Assembly (NCBI GenBank): GCA_030248215.1
Contig: JASANG010001519.1
Span: forward strand, 1 to 64,000
Length of the DNA: 64,000 nt
Source of the DNA: Enoplolaimus lenunculus
Taxonomy: Eukaryota
Direction of reading: 5' to 3'
The position numbers were made by a program, and so were the translations under genes. Below are positions 1-12,900 of this stretch, in pieces. The notes under the pieces are model-generated. The model was not told where the DNA came from. It ran no database searches and saw only the letters and a program-made list of their open reading frames with translations. Position 1 is the stretch's first letter; each line of letters starts with the position of its first letter.

Positions 1-505
1 CACATTATTTATACGTATAACTTTACACAGTGATTTATTAAGTCAAACTAAACTTACTTAAAAGCGACTAATTTTTCAACGAAATAAGATTTCAGACAAT
101 CAGAATACGTTTACATTTACACAGTTAATTCTTCATGAATACGTAAGAATTGCAGCAAGAATCAGCGTCTAACAAAACAAACATACTAATCCATCGAACA
201 GGCGGCAATCGCCCATTTGAAATTTCCGCTAGATCAATCGTTGAATCGGACAGTGACACTTCAGGTTTTGTTGCTCATAACGAAGTGCCGTTTCCACAAG
301 CGGTAAGCGTTGTAGCGTTTGAATCGCACCGTGGCGCATCGCTACCATCAGCTTTATCAAAAACTTCATCTGGTTGTTTTGTACAGTTTCCACTATAGGA
401 TGTAGCAAATGGTCCAGCCTGATAAGTTGAATTGTACGACAATGTTCGGTTTTCATTACGGTTCTGCGAACTTTTACTACGTAACCGACGACAGTGATTA
501 TAGTA

Positions 506-714
506 CAGTGCAAAAAATGATGAGTCAAACTGACTCTCTCCAAAATAGGTTTTTTCGGACTACACAAACTGAGTCAAATTCGACTCCGCCAGAGTCATAT
601 TCGACTCTTAGGGTTTTCCGGACTTTTACACGCGAGTCGAAATTGACTCAGTGTGTGTAGTTCGTAAAAGCCTTTTTCATAGAAAGTCAAATTGACTCAC
701 CATTTTTTGTAGTG
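506..714. mobile_element. CACTA/CMC-like MITE
   Basis: TIRs CAGTGCAAAAAATGATGAGTCAAA / CACTACAAAAAATGGTGAGTCAAT with TA flanks and internal GAGTCAAATTGACTC palindromes. A related end lies at ~1999. Confidence 0.6.
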
Positions 715-1114
715 TACGGTTTCAAAACTCTAAGTAACAAATGAATACTTACGTATTTCATGGCCAGTTGACAGAGTGTTGAATTGGTGATGCTGTAAAT
801 TACAGGCAAAATTAATTAATTGAACATCTGAAACCATTGTGTACTCGTGCCGCGACCGAATAAGAGTGGGGATTTGTTTTGGTTCTTGAGAGAGAACTCT
901 CCCTGTTATTCGGTTACGGATAATGTATTTTTAATTTATCCCATGCTTACAGTTGGAACTAACACAGTTATTTTTTATTCTTTCGTGTACGCACAACTGA
1001 CTTGCTCCGAAGAGTTGTTGTGGATTGCCAATCATATCCGTTTATCCATTTTCTAAATAATAAGGTTTATGCGGGTTGTCTGCGTGTTTGTTGCATATAT
1101 ATTTGAGCAGTGTA

Positions 1115-1315
1115 CACTGTAAATTCCAATGAGTTAATTAAATAACTCAGACGGAACGTTAGTTATTACTAAGTTAATAACAGCAAACAACAAAGAGTAT
1201 TAATTAAATCACAATGAGTTGAATCAACTCAGAATTGTGAGTTCTGATAGTCCTAACTCAGAGTGAGTGATTGAACACATTCTGAGTTAAAATCAACTCA
1301 TTGGAATTGGCAATG
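1115..1315. mobile_element. CACTA-like MITE nested in the 845-1689 element
   Basis: TIRs CACTGTAAATTCCAATGAGTT / CATTGCCAATTCCAATGAGTT, with TA on both flanks. Confidence 0.6.
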
Positions 1316-1491
1316 TAGGCCGTTTTTCTACTCTGATCTTTTCTAACAACTCTAATTAGCATTTAAGGACTCTATCAAATCGTGGACTCTAATCTGGGAT
1401 ATAAACGCCTATTGATTGGACGCAAAATGGGAACATTCCTTTTATTACCTGCCTATTATTTTTTACATACCTCTTATTCGGGTCACTACCG

Positions 1492-1679
1492 GGCCAATGT
1501 AAAGAACAGAGACGGAACAGTATTATAAGCATATTCCGAAGCCTAAGCCTAAGTCTAAGCCTAAGCCTAAGCCTAAGCCAAACCTGAAGCCTAAGCCAAG
1601 CAAAAATTAGTCTAAAGCTTAAGCTTACTCTGTTTCAGTCCCGCAGAAAAACGTTCCGCCCCTGATCTTTACACGGGCC
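1492..1679. mobile_element. Merlin-like MITE with internal (GCCTAA)n
   Basis: GGCC termini (GGCCAATGTAAAGAACAG / GGCCCGTGTAAAGATCAG) and a perfect 8-bp TSD CACTACCG at 1484-1491 and 1680-1687. Confidence 0.8.
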
Positions 1680-2429
1680 CACTACCGTAAAGCGTATTCG
1701 ATTAAAAATAACGAAAACGGTAAAATAACGCTAAATTACGAAACTTTAGGAAAAATGTTATATTCTGTCAAATACAACTGAGGTTAAAAATATTCAATTG
1801 GTTTTGTAAATAATTTTTATCAAAAAATTACAGATGCGTCCAAAATTTACAGAGGTTCTGGATGAAAGTTTCAAATTTTATTTCGAGTATATAGAACAGT
1901 TGCGGTAAAAATAAATATTGAAATGTTTTCACTTTTTTAGGGGATATAACTATAACCACGAGGGCACATGTTGACCTCGGAGCCGTCCCAAAATCTCACA
2001 CTGCAAAAAATGGCGAGTCAAATTGACTCTCTCCGATTCCACATAGCTCGGCGAGCTGCGTCGAATAGTTTGTCCATGTTTTGACAAAATTTTTCGGCAT
2101 TGCGATGAATGCTATTGAAATCACAAAATTCAGAACTATTAACCAAATTCGACAACAAACAAAAGCTACGAGTTTTTATAGCCAGGGCGGCGGGAGTTTC
2201 GGGCTGCAGGAAAGTATACATGGGTTACTATGAGGATAAAAATAACCAAATTTCCGGTATTTCCTGTTGTAGCGCGAAATGGAAACGAAGACCGATTTTT
2301 ATTGGAAACGTAGTATTCGGTTTACAATACTAAAACAAAAAATTGCACATATCTACAGAGGTACGATTTCGAAACGAATAATCCTCGTAAAAACATTTGC
2401 AGATTGGTTTTGAATTGTCCACGGCGCCT

Positions 2430-2970
2430 TTCTGGGGTCGTTTCCGTTATCTGCCCATCCAGTGTTTGCCCAAAAATGAATGGATTTTAAAATTTTTTTG
2501 CGTATTTGAGCTTCTCATGACCTCCTCAGCTCATTCTATACTTCAATTAGAATTTTTGAAAAATTCGATTTTTTTAAAGATCCGAGGGTCCCCTGGGGCC
2601 CAAAAATTATTTTGTCTAAAAGTTAGACAAAGTATACACCATTCAACGCAGCTTGCTAAGCTAAGTGCAGTAGAGCTAAGATTTTCGCCGTCAGACGACA
2701 ATCTAACCAGTTAGTCAAATAACTGGTTTGGTGGCATCTCAAATCATTGGCAGCGGGCCGAATCAGTTATTTGACAATAACTCGTTAACTAATCGTCTGA
2801 CTGCAAAAAATTAACACCGTCAGGCGCACCTCCGCAAGCTGCATTGACCAGTACATAATTTGTCAAAGTTTTTGAAAATAAATTTGGGTCCCAAGGGTGG
2901 ATCTGCAAAAATTTTCAAAATTGAATCATTTTTGGGCAAACGCGGGCTGAGGGGATAACGTAAAAGACGC
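2430..2970. repeat. Long imperfect foldback palindrome
   Basis: Arms share GTTATC..GTTTGCCCAAAAATGA, GCAGCTTGC, CAGACGA and GTCAAATAACTG in inverted orientation. Centre ~2743. Confidence 0.65.
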
Positions 2971-3656
2971 TTTTCCGCACAGGGCACAACTCTCGAACGG
3001 ATCAAAGAGGGGGCGCACAGAGAATTCGTCCCTCGATAGCTTAAATATTTTTCGAAGTTTCGAAACAACTCTATATTTTACAGAAGTTTTCTCTGCCCCT
3101 TGCGCCTATAAACAAAATTTTGGCCGCTGTACTAAAGCAATTCTTAGTTTGTGAGACGGGCTATTTTTCAACTGTTTTTTGAACATTGCGCTATTTGATA
3201 ACAGCAAAAAATGTCCTATATAAAAAAAGGCAAAACACACATAAAACAGTACTTAGTCGCTTGCAAAAAAACTCGAGTATAGAGACTCATTTCCGCTTGG
3301 TGTATCCGAGCACTAAACAATATACAAAAGTCGTACTGGCTATACAGGGCAAAGGCTGGGTTGGCTTATAAATGGAAACGGAGCGAACCGCTAAACTAAA
3401 ACAAGCAACGTGATCCTAAGCTACGGTAACTGTTTATAGACTGCGTTCTATAGATAGTTCATTTGTAAAAGCATAGCAACCGTTTGACTTTGTAATTCTC
3501 ATGTACTGTAGTGACCCGAATAAGAGGCGAGAGTAATATGAGGGAGGGAGTCCCCATTTTGAGTCCTAATCAATAGGAGTCCGTATCCCTAATAAGAGTC
3601 CATAAGCGGATAGAGTCCGTAAACCTTCATTAGAGTCCATAAATATCAATTATCCC

Positions 3657-4012
3657 GGCCCATGTTATTATAAAGGTCGTCCCAATTTCCCGGGCAGAAA
3701 TATACCCGGAGTGCACACTTATGCGCTCCTGTTTACATATGCACAGGCAGATATATTTACGTAGGCATTTGTCCCGACTGTCCCATCTGTCCCAACTGTC
3801 CCATCTGTCCAAACTGTCCCATCTGTCCCAACTGTCCCATCTGTCCCAACTGTCCCGTCTGTCCCACTGTGTCATCTGTCCCAACTGTCCCACTGTCCCA
3901 ATTATATTTTTGTATGTACTCCTGGTACATTGCTGTCCCGGGAAAATGGGACGGGTACTCCTGATACATTTCTGTCCCGGGTAAATGGGACGGCCTTTGG
4001 GTAACATTGGCC
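3657..4012. mobile_element. Merlin-like MITE with 9-bp TGTCCCA(A/T)C tandem array
   Basis: GGCC(C/A)ATGTTA TIRs and a perfect 8-bp TSD ATTATCCC (3649-3656, 4013-4020). It is inserted into a Tc1-like MITE starting ~3507. Confidence 0.85.
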
Positions 4013-5626
4013 ATTATCCCTATTGTAGCTGTCTGATTATTTCCTAACAAGCTCTGGTTCCGTCAAATGCCATATAATTGTGAGGGCTCCGTTATACGTA
4101 AAAACAAACAAAACTGAAAGTTGTTTAGCAAACTGCATAAATTTAAAGAAAACCATCTCTTGCACTTGAATGTTGAGTGCTGTTATCAGTTACAAGCGCC
4201 AATGTTACAAACGTAGTGTATAGCAGTGCACTTATTTTATTTTTCGGTACTATTTCTAGTAAAAAAGGTCGAAATTTTGTAAAAAAAATGTAAACCAAAC
4301 GGTTAACACCATACAAATTATTTGCCAAAATAAGCATGTTATAGACATCATTTTAACTTAATCCGGGAAATTTGTTTGACCTCCGGCTCATGTATTTTAC
4401 ACCTCCGGATACACCCTAGCAGAAATGTGACTTTTAGGGCAGTAACTCTAGGTTAAGCATTTTCCTAAGACTAAAGCCGAAGCCTATGCGTAAAAATAGG
4501 TATCCTCAGCGTAAGCCTATTATAAGCCTAAGCAAAAACAAATCTAAAATCCTATGATGCCCTATTGCGCGGGAATATGCAGACTGCCTAGATGCTCAAC
4601 AATTTTCCAGTAAAGTACGACCGCAATGTAGATTGTAAATGGTTAATCATTAAAAGAATGAGTTGAATTTTAGACAGTCGTTGCTATGTTAGCATTACGT
4701 CCAGTTTCCACGCCCGGAACCACATCCGTTTAAATATGTTTGCCAGTTTTACACCTTTAATCGCTGTGTTGCCTGACCTAAGTCGCCTTTAAACTTGAAG
4801 TGATGGAAGACACTTAACTTTTCAGGTCGAAAGCCTCCGACTTATACCAAAACTTCAAAACTAAAGTAAAATCTTGACTTAACTTGAAATTCGACTTAAG
4901 CCAATCCAACCAATATCTGGTGCAACATTTTCGGTCCAAACGCTGTTGACTACAACATAAAAGGCAAAACGACGTCTTTAAGTAGTTTTTATTAACGTAA
5001 TTGCAGGCCTTGGTATGAACCATAAACTTGTATTGTGGAACGAAATATACTGTTGCTTCGCAATTCGGATTAGTTTTGTAAACTTTTGCTTCCATTACGG
5101 TTTGCGATGAAGTAATTTCGCTAGCTGAAAAATCAGTTTTGCAAAAAATTTGTTGGGTAGCAGATACAATGGCTTAAATGCAGAAACATGACTCGAGTTC
5201 TATTTTGATTAATGCCCGGGTTTGACTTTAGTTAAAGGTTCTCAATAAATTTTTACTATACCAGTTAATCTGTGATAGTGGCAGACACACACTATACGAA
5301 TTGAATTTACAGCTTCTTGTTCTGATTTTGTAGTGAAATAAATATCGAATGGAAACCGTTCTTGTCAAAAGTTTTGTCTTTTAAACTTTAAGTCAACTGC
5401 CCATCGTAAGTTCCAATTTGACTATACAAGTCTAAAGTTCGAAGTTTAGTCACGTCTATAATATATTCCAGACGCTTCACTTTTTAGCAACCTTGCCCTT
5501 TCTGAAATTTTCTGTTATTAGAATCTAACGTTGAAATATTTAAGAATTATTCTAAAACTTAAGTCTTGCATATTTGCACTTAAGTCTGAAACCTACCAAT
5601 TTCAGCTGCATCCGCTACGAAGTCCT

Positions 5627-6168
5627 AATGGAGCATCCACGTTATAACGCTTGCACAGATGCAAAAAAATGTCCAGTTTACCCCTACAAAGAGAGTACGT
5701 TTTACAATTGTAGCTAGAGTGTCTGGACATAAATAATGGTGTGCTTAGATAGTGGTGTTTGTCCGCAGTCTGTCGTAAGGGACTCGGACAAAACACATGG
5801 CGTTTTTTGGGCTGTATGGACATTTTAAGGTATGTGCAGTAATGCAGATATTGTTATAGCGTTTTATTTGAAATGTGTGAAGTTTGCGTATATACACGCA
5901 CACAGTTTTGTTTAAATAGTCCCTTCGGAGGGACTCAGTAAATTTATACACTGTGCATATGGCATAGGAACAAAAACATGTTATTGCCGTAAGGTTAAGA
6001 CAAATATAAGCTTCCAAACTGGCTATGTTTATTGTCGGTACTCTGTAAGAATAAGTTATTCGCCTAAGACCTACTGTCTTAGCCCACTCTGTTCACACAA
6101 CGTTGATCCTCGAAGGGACTGGACAATGTGTTACTTTTTCGCGAGCGTTATAACGTGGATGCTCCATA
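5627..6168. mobile_element. Unclassified TIR element
   Basis: Perfect ~24-bp inverted repeat ATGGAGCATCCACGTTATAACGCT at both ends. TSD not resolved. Confidence 0.6.
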
Positions 6169-6916
6169 ATAGACAAGTGTAGACTTTTTTAATAGCAATG
6201 TTTCTGCAACCCACCAATAAATATCTGGTTCGACCTTTACCTTGACATTAATTTTGAGTTTAATTCAAAAACGGTAACATCAAGTTATGGTGCTTGTCAT
6301 ATATACCATTAAAATAAACAAGGCAAAGAACAATGGCGGGACCAGAAATTTTTAAATGTCATGTGTATGTTATCGAGATCGAGCCAGATACCAAATATAG
6401 CCTAAGAATAAAAATTAGCGCTAAACTTTGGTTTTTATGCCTAATAAAGGGGTTTAGGTCTGGGTAAGATTCTGTAAAAAATCCATTGGCAGAGTGCTTC
6501 TGTAAATGTTTGCCGGGAATTTAACTTCCTAAGACTTTTAAAGTAATACTGCTTAGTTACATAGCTATTATGTTTCAATTTCTAAAAACTTTTGTGATTG
6601 TTCCAATAAAGGCAAAGCAGTGTTTAATTGTTGAAGATGGTAACTATAATCCATACTCGTAGTACGTAGTTAGAAAACTTTAGAACTACTGTAACATTAG
6701 AAGTTATCGTTTAAAATTTGTTAACTGCGACTTTGCATGGTAGTTCTTTTCTCTTGAATATTGCGAGTTTTCATTATTTTGTACTACCCACAGCTAGTTT
6801 CTAGGTCCGTAGTGTACAAGTAGTGAGTGGCATATAAAATACAACAATTTTAATGCACCTATGTTTGGTCCTTGTGATATGTGCAACAATTTAATCACCA
6901 GCTACGTTGCGTAGGA

Positions 6917-9900
6917 ATGTCGATTGTTGGAAGTGAATCTGGTCGTAGTGATCGTTCGGGTCGTGGACTGCGAGCTACTGGGCCTGGAGGTCGAAGAATA
7001 AGTGGCAATCTTCGACACCAACAGCGGCGCCTCTTTGAGCCTGATGGTCGCGAGAAGTTACTTCCCAGAGATGAGGTATGTAAGCGCGTCCCCGTCCTGT
7101 CTTTTTAAATTTCAAAGCACTTCTGAAGAAAGCGGACCCATAATTAACTTTCTTATATATGCTGAACGCAGGGTTCCAACAGGAACTAAATTTGGTCGGA
7201 ACAGAAACAGGAACCGGAATTTGAAATAATTTTCATCACTGAATTACTATTGGACTTTTTCGAAAACTTGTCAAAAAATGGCTTAAGCGAATTCTCAGCT
7301 ATTTCATCATAAAGTTTTGCGAAAACACAACAGAAAGAGTTATTAACAAAATTGAAGTAATTGTGAACGGCAACTCATTGGTGGAGTGCAGTCGATTTGA
7401 GTCACGGGGTTCAACGAAGAAATTGGTAAAGTTTTGCGAAAACACAACAGAAAGAGTTATTAACAAAATTGAAGTAATTGTGAACGGCAACTCATTGGTG
7501 GAGTGCAGTCGATTTGAGTCACGGGGTTCAACGAAGAAATTGGTAGCAGTCTGGCTGGCTTATCACGCAAAAATCTGAGCAGTATATGCTTATATAGTTT
7601 ACCGCGCTATGTATGACATGTTTCTTTAAAAATTACAAAGTCAATTTGTAACCGCTGACGGTAGGCCACAGTTAAATTGTTGTATAAAATTAGTTAATTG
7701 GCAATGCATTCCTAGCGCTAACTGTAACATATGATAGACTAAGACGCCCTGCGGGCACGATGCGAGTAGAAATTGGCGCACACATGCTCAGGGTCGGTTA
7801 GAATGTTATATAATTTCAGGTAGTGCAAATGGAAATGATGGAAGATAGTAATTGGCAACGTGATTCAGAAAATGCCACTTGTGTTACTGGAAACACCAGT
7901 GAGCGTTCTGTCTCATACGACGATCTCACTCGTGGTGGTCTCAATCCGTATTTAGCAAAAATAAACGGTTCTGGTGCTGGTACGACGCAGTCACGTTTAT
8001 CCGCTAGTCGCATGCGGTGTTCTAGCATTGCGGGGTCAATAGTGGCTGTGGTTGTTTGCCTGGTCGCGTTTTTGTCTCCAGTGGCAATGGTAATATTACC
8101 ACGTGCGTCCGCCCTTGTTCCTTCTTCGTCTGCACCGCGCTGGGAGCCAACCAGTTGTGGCCCTGCGTGCGAAGGTTTATTAATTTCGTTTGGAACTAAA
8201 TTGCTAATTCTAGCTGTTGGCATGTGGGCATTGTTCGGCCGTCGTTCACCTGCGACATTACCGCGTGTAAATGTAGCACGATCGATTTTACTTGCACTTG
8301 TCTTTCTCATTTCGTTTGCCTATTGGCTGTTTTATGCGGTACGCATTTTTGCACGTGGCGAGCCGGATTATACAGCAATTGTCACGTATGCACACTCATT
8401 GACAGACGCGCTGCTTTTTGTGCATTATTTGGCAGTGATTTTGCTTGAAATTCGTGCACTGCGGCCTGCGTTTCGGTTGCACGTTGTTCGTTCGCCGGAT
8501 GGTCATTCACATGTCTACAACGTTGGAAACGTATCTCTTCAGCGTGCTGGTGTGTTTGTCCTACAACATTACTACCGTGATTTTCCTGTATACAACCCTT
8601 TCCTAGATCGATTACCGACGTCGCGAACGTCTGGCAAAAAAGGTGGCAACAGCAGCTCGCATCACAGCGGTCCGTCTTCATTCAAGGTATGTATTAAAGA
8701 AAAAATTTTGCTTACTACCGGCTTTTCTCTGTTGCAGAATATTTCAAGCTTAATTTAGGATTCAGTATATATGCAATACATAGTACATTAAAATTTGTTA
8801 AGTTAAATTTTGGATTAATATACGCTACATAGTACGTATGCGTCGTGCATAATTCCCAAAAACAATTTATTGTGTTCAATAATCAGTATGTATTTAGCTG
8901 CAATATCAGAAAATGTTTGAATCATATAGCTTATATTTCGATATTTATTTTATCACAAGATATGTTTGAAATAAATTTCTCTGTGAAATAGAAATTATCG
9001 AATTTCATTGTTACACAATAATTACGAGTAGATATTCTGAAAAACGCAAAAAACAACTATAAGAATGGTTAACTAAATATTTCTACCGTAGGTTTATGAC
9101 GTGGATTGCGGTGCTGGCGGAGCGGACGGACAGCAAATTGTGCCCATAAATCCTCAGGCAATAATGGCTGCAGCTGCTCGAAAACGTGATTCAGGACATA
9201 ACGAGCGCTTTTATGATGAAGTATGTTTTGTAATTTTAACTGAATTGCGGTTAAAAGTTGGAACGCATGTTTTGGAGTTCTTTATTTTTGACGCTTGACA
9301 AGTTGTTTTTTGCTTCATGTTTCAATGTCGCTTATTGTTATGTAGCTGACATACATATTTTGAAAACCATCTAGATTGAATGGGAACGCCGTGTGAAAAA
9401 AAGACGAGCTCGACTGGTGACTGCGGTTGATGAAGCCTTTGTTCATGTGAAAAGGCTGAGCGAAGAAAAAGGTAAGCTGACACCGAAGTGTAACTGTAGT
9501 TCTGGTACCTATAGAGGAATTCTGTATGTAAGTTTTTTTGCTGCATCAAATTGTAGAGGCATGGTATTATCTATTTAGCAAGCAAGTATATATCACTTTT
9601 CAGCGTCTATAGCTGGGCTGGAGCGTTCTGACTTCAAAAACGTTACTATATTGGCATATAAGATTAGGGGTTGGGAATTAAAGCACAAGGGCACATCCTC
9701 ACTCAACAAAACCTGAATTGTCGGTTTACCCCCTGTGCAACAGCTGCACCAACTAGAAATTCATCAGTCAGTTTTATTTTTAAGGTGTAGCATGCATAGT
9801 ATATGCAATATGCGTTAATACATTTCGTTAAAACACGAATTTTGTCAATGAATCAGAATATGTCCTACTTATAACTTTGTTGCAAAATCTTAACCGTTAA

Positions 9901-12900
9901 GTAAGTGAATTGTTTATTTAGTGTTTTTGCAGTTTTCCAAGTTTACGTATATATCGGGCGCAACCGGAATTACAATTTACCGGAACCGGAATTAGAAAAT
10001 TTACCAGGACCTTAAAGTGAAAAATGATTGGCACCGAAAAATCACTTTAATTTTCGTTTCTTGTTGTATTGGTGAAATAGCCTGAGTTGAAGATAGGGTT
10101 GACTTACTCTGCCAAAATCTATGTTCAAGGTTTCTATAGTATACTAATTAAATCTATTTCGTTTTATTGTCTGTTATTGGACAAGTGGCTTTAAAAAGGC
10201 TTCTTTAAGATTAGCAAATTTAAAAATGTCCGAAATTTAGCACTATCGTAATTTTTAATTCGGGTAAAAATTTACTCAAAATGGAAGGAGAAAAATGTCG
10301 GAACCGGAGTTCCGGTCGCGCTCTGAGTCCTGAATATATATCAGGGTGTAACCGGAATTAAAATTTACCGAACCGGAATTTGAAAAAATTACCAAAAACG
10401 GAACTTTATAATTAAAACTACATGTCACCGAAAAATTCATTTTAATTTTTTTGAAATATTATTGGTGAAATAACCCTAGCTGGAGATAGGTATTCACTTT
10501 ATCTGCTGTATTTTAGATTTCCTTAATCCACGGAAGCGAAATCTACATTCGATATTATATTTTCGGTCATTGGATTGTCAAGGTTTACGTATTATACTAA
10601 TGAAATTATTGAAACTTTATCGTCATTTTTTCGTAAAATGTCTTCGGCAAAAATTTAATACCGGAATTTTTAATTGCGGTAAAAATTTACCGGAACTGGA
10701 AGGTAAAAAATGTCTGAACCGCAATTCCGGTGGCACCCTGAATATATAATATGACGTAGGCTAATATGCTATTCAGGCCTAGTACTGATTAGCCTGCTGC
10801 CAGGCCAGTGGACTATGTTATGTAATAGCTGTTATATATAATATGACGTAGGCTAATATGTTATTCAGGCCAATTACTGCTTAGCCTACTGCCAGGCCAA
10901 TGTACTATGTTATGTAATAGCTGTTTGGCCTAGATTGAACTGCTATTGTACATAATGATCCAGTAGTTGATTATATATATGTTTGGTCAGGCGCAATACC
11001 CATACCCAGTAAGCGATGGTCTTGTAATCTTGGAAAAATTACCTTATAGGTTATGGAACAATTTCTAGTACTGTTCTAAAGAAAATTCCGTTTGCAAATG
11101 AATATATAGCTACAAGTCCATGGACGAAACTAGTTAATGGAGAGGATCATCCTGTAGCTGATATAGAATGTTTTACTGATGGGTCAAGAATAGAGAGCAT
11201 CGTTCTGCTTAATGAGATGTTCCGTCTATAGCGAGGTCAAATAAAATTGATAACATAAAGAAACTGAATAGGTTTATAACAGCGTCAGTAAAATTTTAAC
11301 CAAGAATCTTGCTTAGTTATCTAGTTTGCAGAGACTGTGTAACGGACCAACTGTGTGTATACACCTTGAGGTCTCTATCAATCGATATCTATCTATCTAT
11401 CACTGTTCTTTTGCTGCACCTCGCAATTACTATTTGGCCTAGGCCAAATTGCTATTTATATTTGCTCATAGTAGCAGATTGACCTTGGCCAATTAGTAAT
11501 TGGCCTGAAGACCAGTTTGGCCTGCGACATACATACGTTTAGCATGGTTTTACTTTTACAGGACCATGTGTTCCAATGACACCTCAAGAAGCTGCACAAG
11601 CGGTGTTTCCATCGCTCTCACGCTCGCTGCAAAAATATCTCCGAGTCACTCGCCAGCAACCAAGACACACTGCACAACAAGTGGTTGATCATTTAGCCAC
11701 ATATCTGAGTTACGATATGTCTCCACGGTCGTTTCTCGAACGATTCTTGAATAGCCACGAAACAATAGAGGTAGTGGACTAGTGGCATGTGGCACCCAGG
11801 GCCCAGGGTGGCACCGAATCCACTACTTGACCGAATCCGAATCCATTACTAATTTGTCCAATCCAAATCCAAACCTTATATATTTTGTTATTTCTCGAAC
11901 AGGCTTGGGACAAAACACCCTCAGTACAATCTCAAATTCAGAACTATCGTGTCATTTTTGCTCCCGGGCAACCGAATAGACTGGAAAATTTTGTTAACAT
12001 AGCGTGATGTTATAAATGTGGATGATCCATAATTTTTAAACGATGCATAAATGTTTTATACGCGTAAATGCAACTGTTTGTGCTTTGTCACAATAAAATC
12101 AAAGTGTTTTGGGTTTCCATTCAAAAATAGAGTTTTGGGTTAACAGAGGGGTCATTCTGTTTCTCAAATCGGTGTATAACCAGGTAGTGGTAATCCACAA
12201 TCGTTCGCTGTCTTTGTTGGTTGGCGAAATGCGCAAGTACATCCGGGCCAAAGCTGCGGTCTAAGAAAATTTTTTGTGATTTTTTCACCTCTGGCCTTGG
12301 TTTGCAAACCACAGAGACGGAAAAATCGAGACCGAGACCAGCCAAACCCCGAGACTTGCCGATACCGAAACCGAGACCGAGACTGCCCATTACTAGAGAT
12401 TTGTGTCCTGAAACAAAACTTATTGATTTATATTAGATATTATTTAAAATTTTTGTTGTTTAAAAGTGTTAACATAATATTGCCAAACATTGTTGGATTC
12501 GGCTTCCTCACTACGGAATCCGAACTGGAAATTTCTGCCGGATGCGAATGCGAACTATTTCTGTTGGAGCAATGAAATATCGTAAAAGATGGATAAAAAT
12601 ACAAGGTAAATGTGTTGTGTAAGTAACTTAACTTAGTCAGTGTGCACGGGAATTCCGGTTCCGGCATTTTTTCACCTTCCGGTTGCGGTTCCGGTAAATT
12701 TTTACCGCAATTAAAAATTCCGGTATTAAATCTTGGTCGGTGGACGTTGAGATATTTTACTAAAAATGACGATAAAAATTATATTGATTTCATTAGTATA
12801 GCATGTAAACTTGACAGTCACCAAAAATAAACCATTGAAGGTAGTTTTCGCTTGCGTGGATTACGAACATCCAAAATACAACAGAAAAAGTGAATACTTA

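Larger units (their letters stand above)
845..1689. mobile_element. Tc1/mariner-like MITE (family of 22649-23054) carrying two nested insertions
   Basis: Ends GACCGAATAAGAG and CTCTTATTCGGGTCACTACCG-TA. Internal segments are colinear with the 22649-23054 copy. Confidence 0.65.

Noticed and set aside
276..790. Possible minus-strand terminal exons (ITNSTLCQLAMKY / AGPFATSYSGNC...GTSL*)
   Set aside because: Splice sites are plausible, but there is no recognisable homology or upstream exon, so I cannot support a gene.
3630..4050. Repetitive ORFs (WDR/GQM/SHL repeats) and a CRISPR-like look
   Set aside because: These are translations of a 9-bp tandem array inside a MITE, with no unique spacers.
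4814..5095. 93-aa Cys-containing minus-strand ORF
   Set aside because: No recognisable domain or supporting splice structure.
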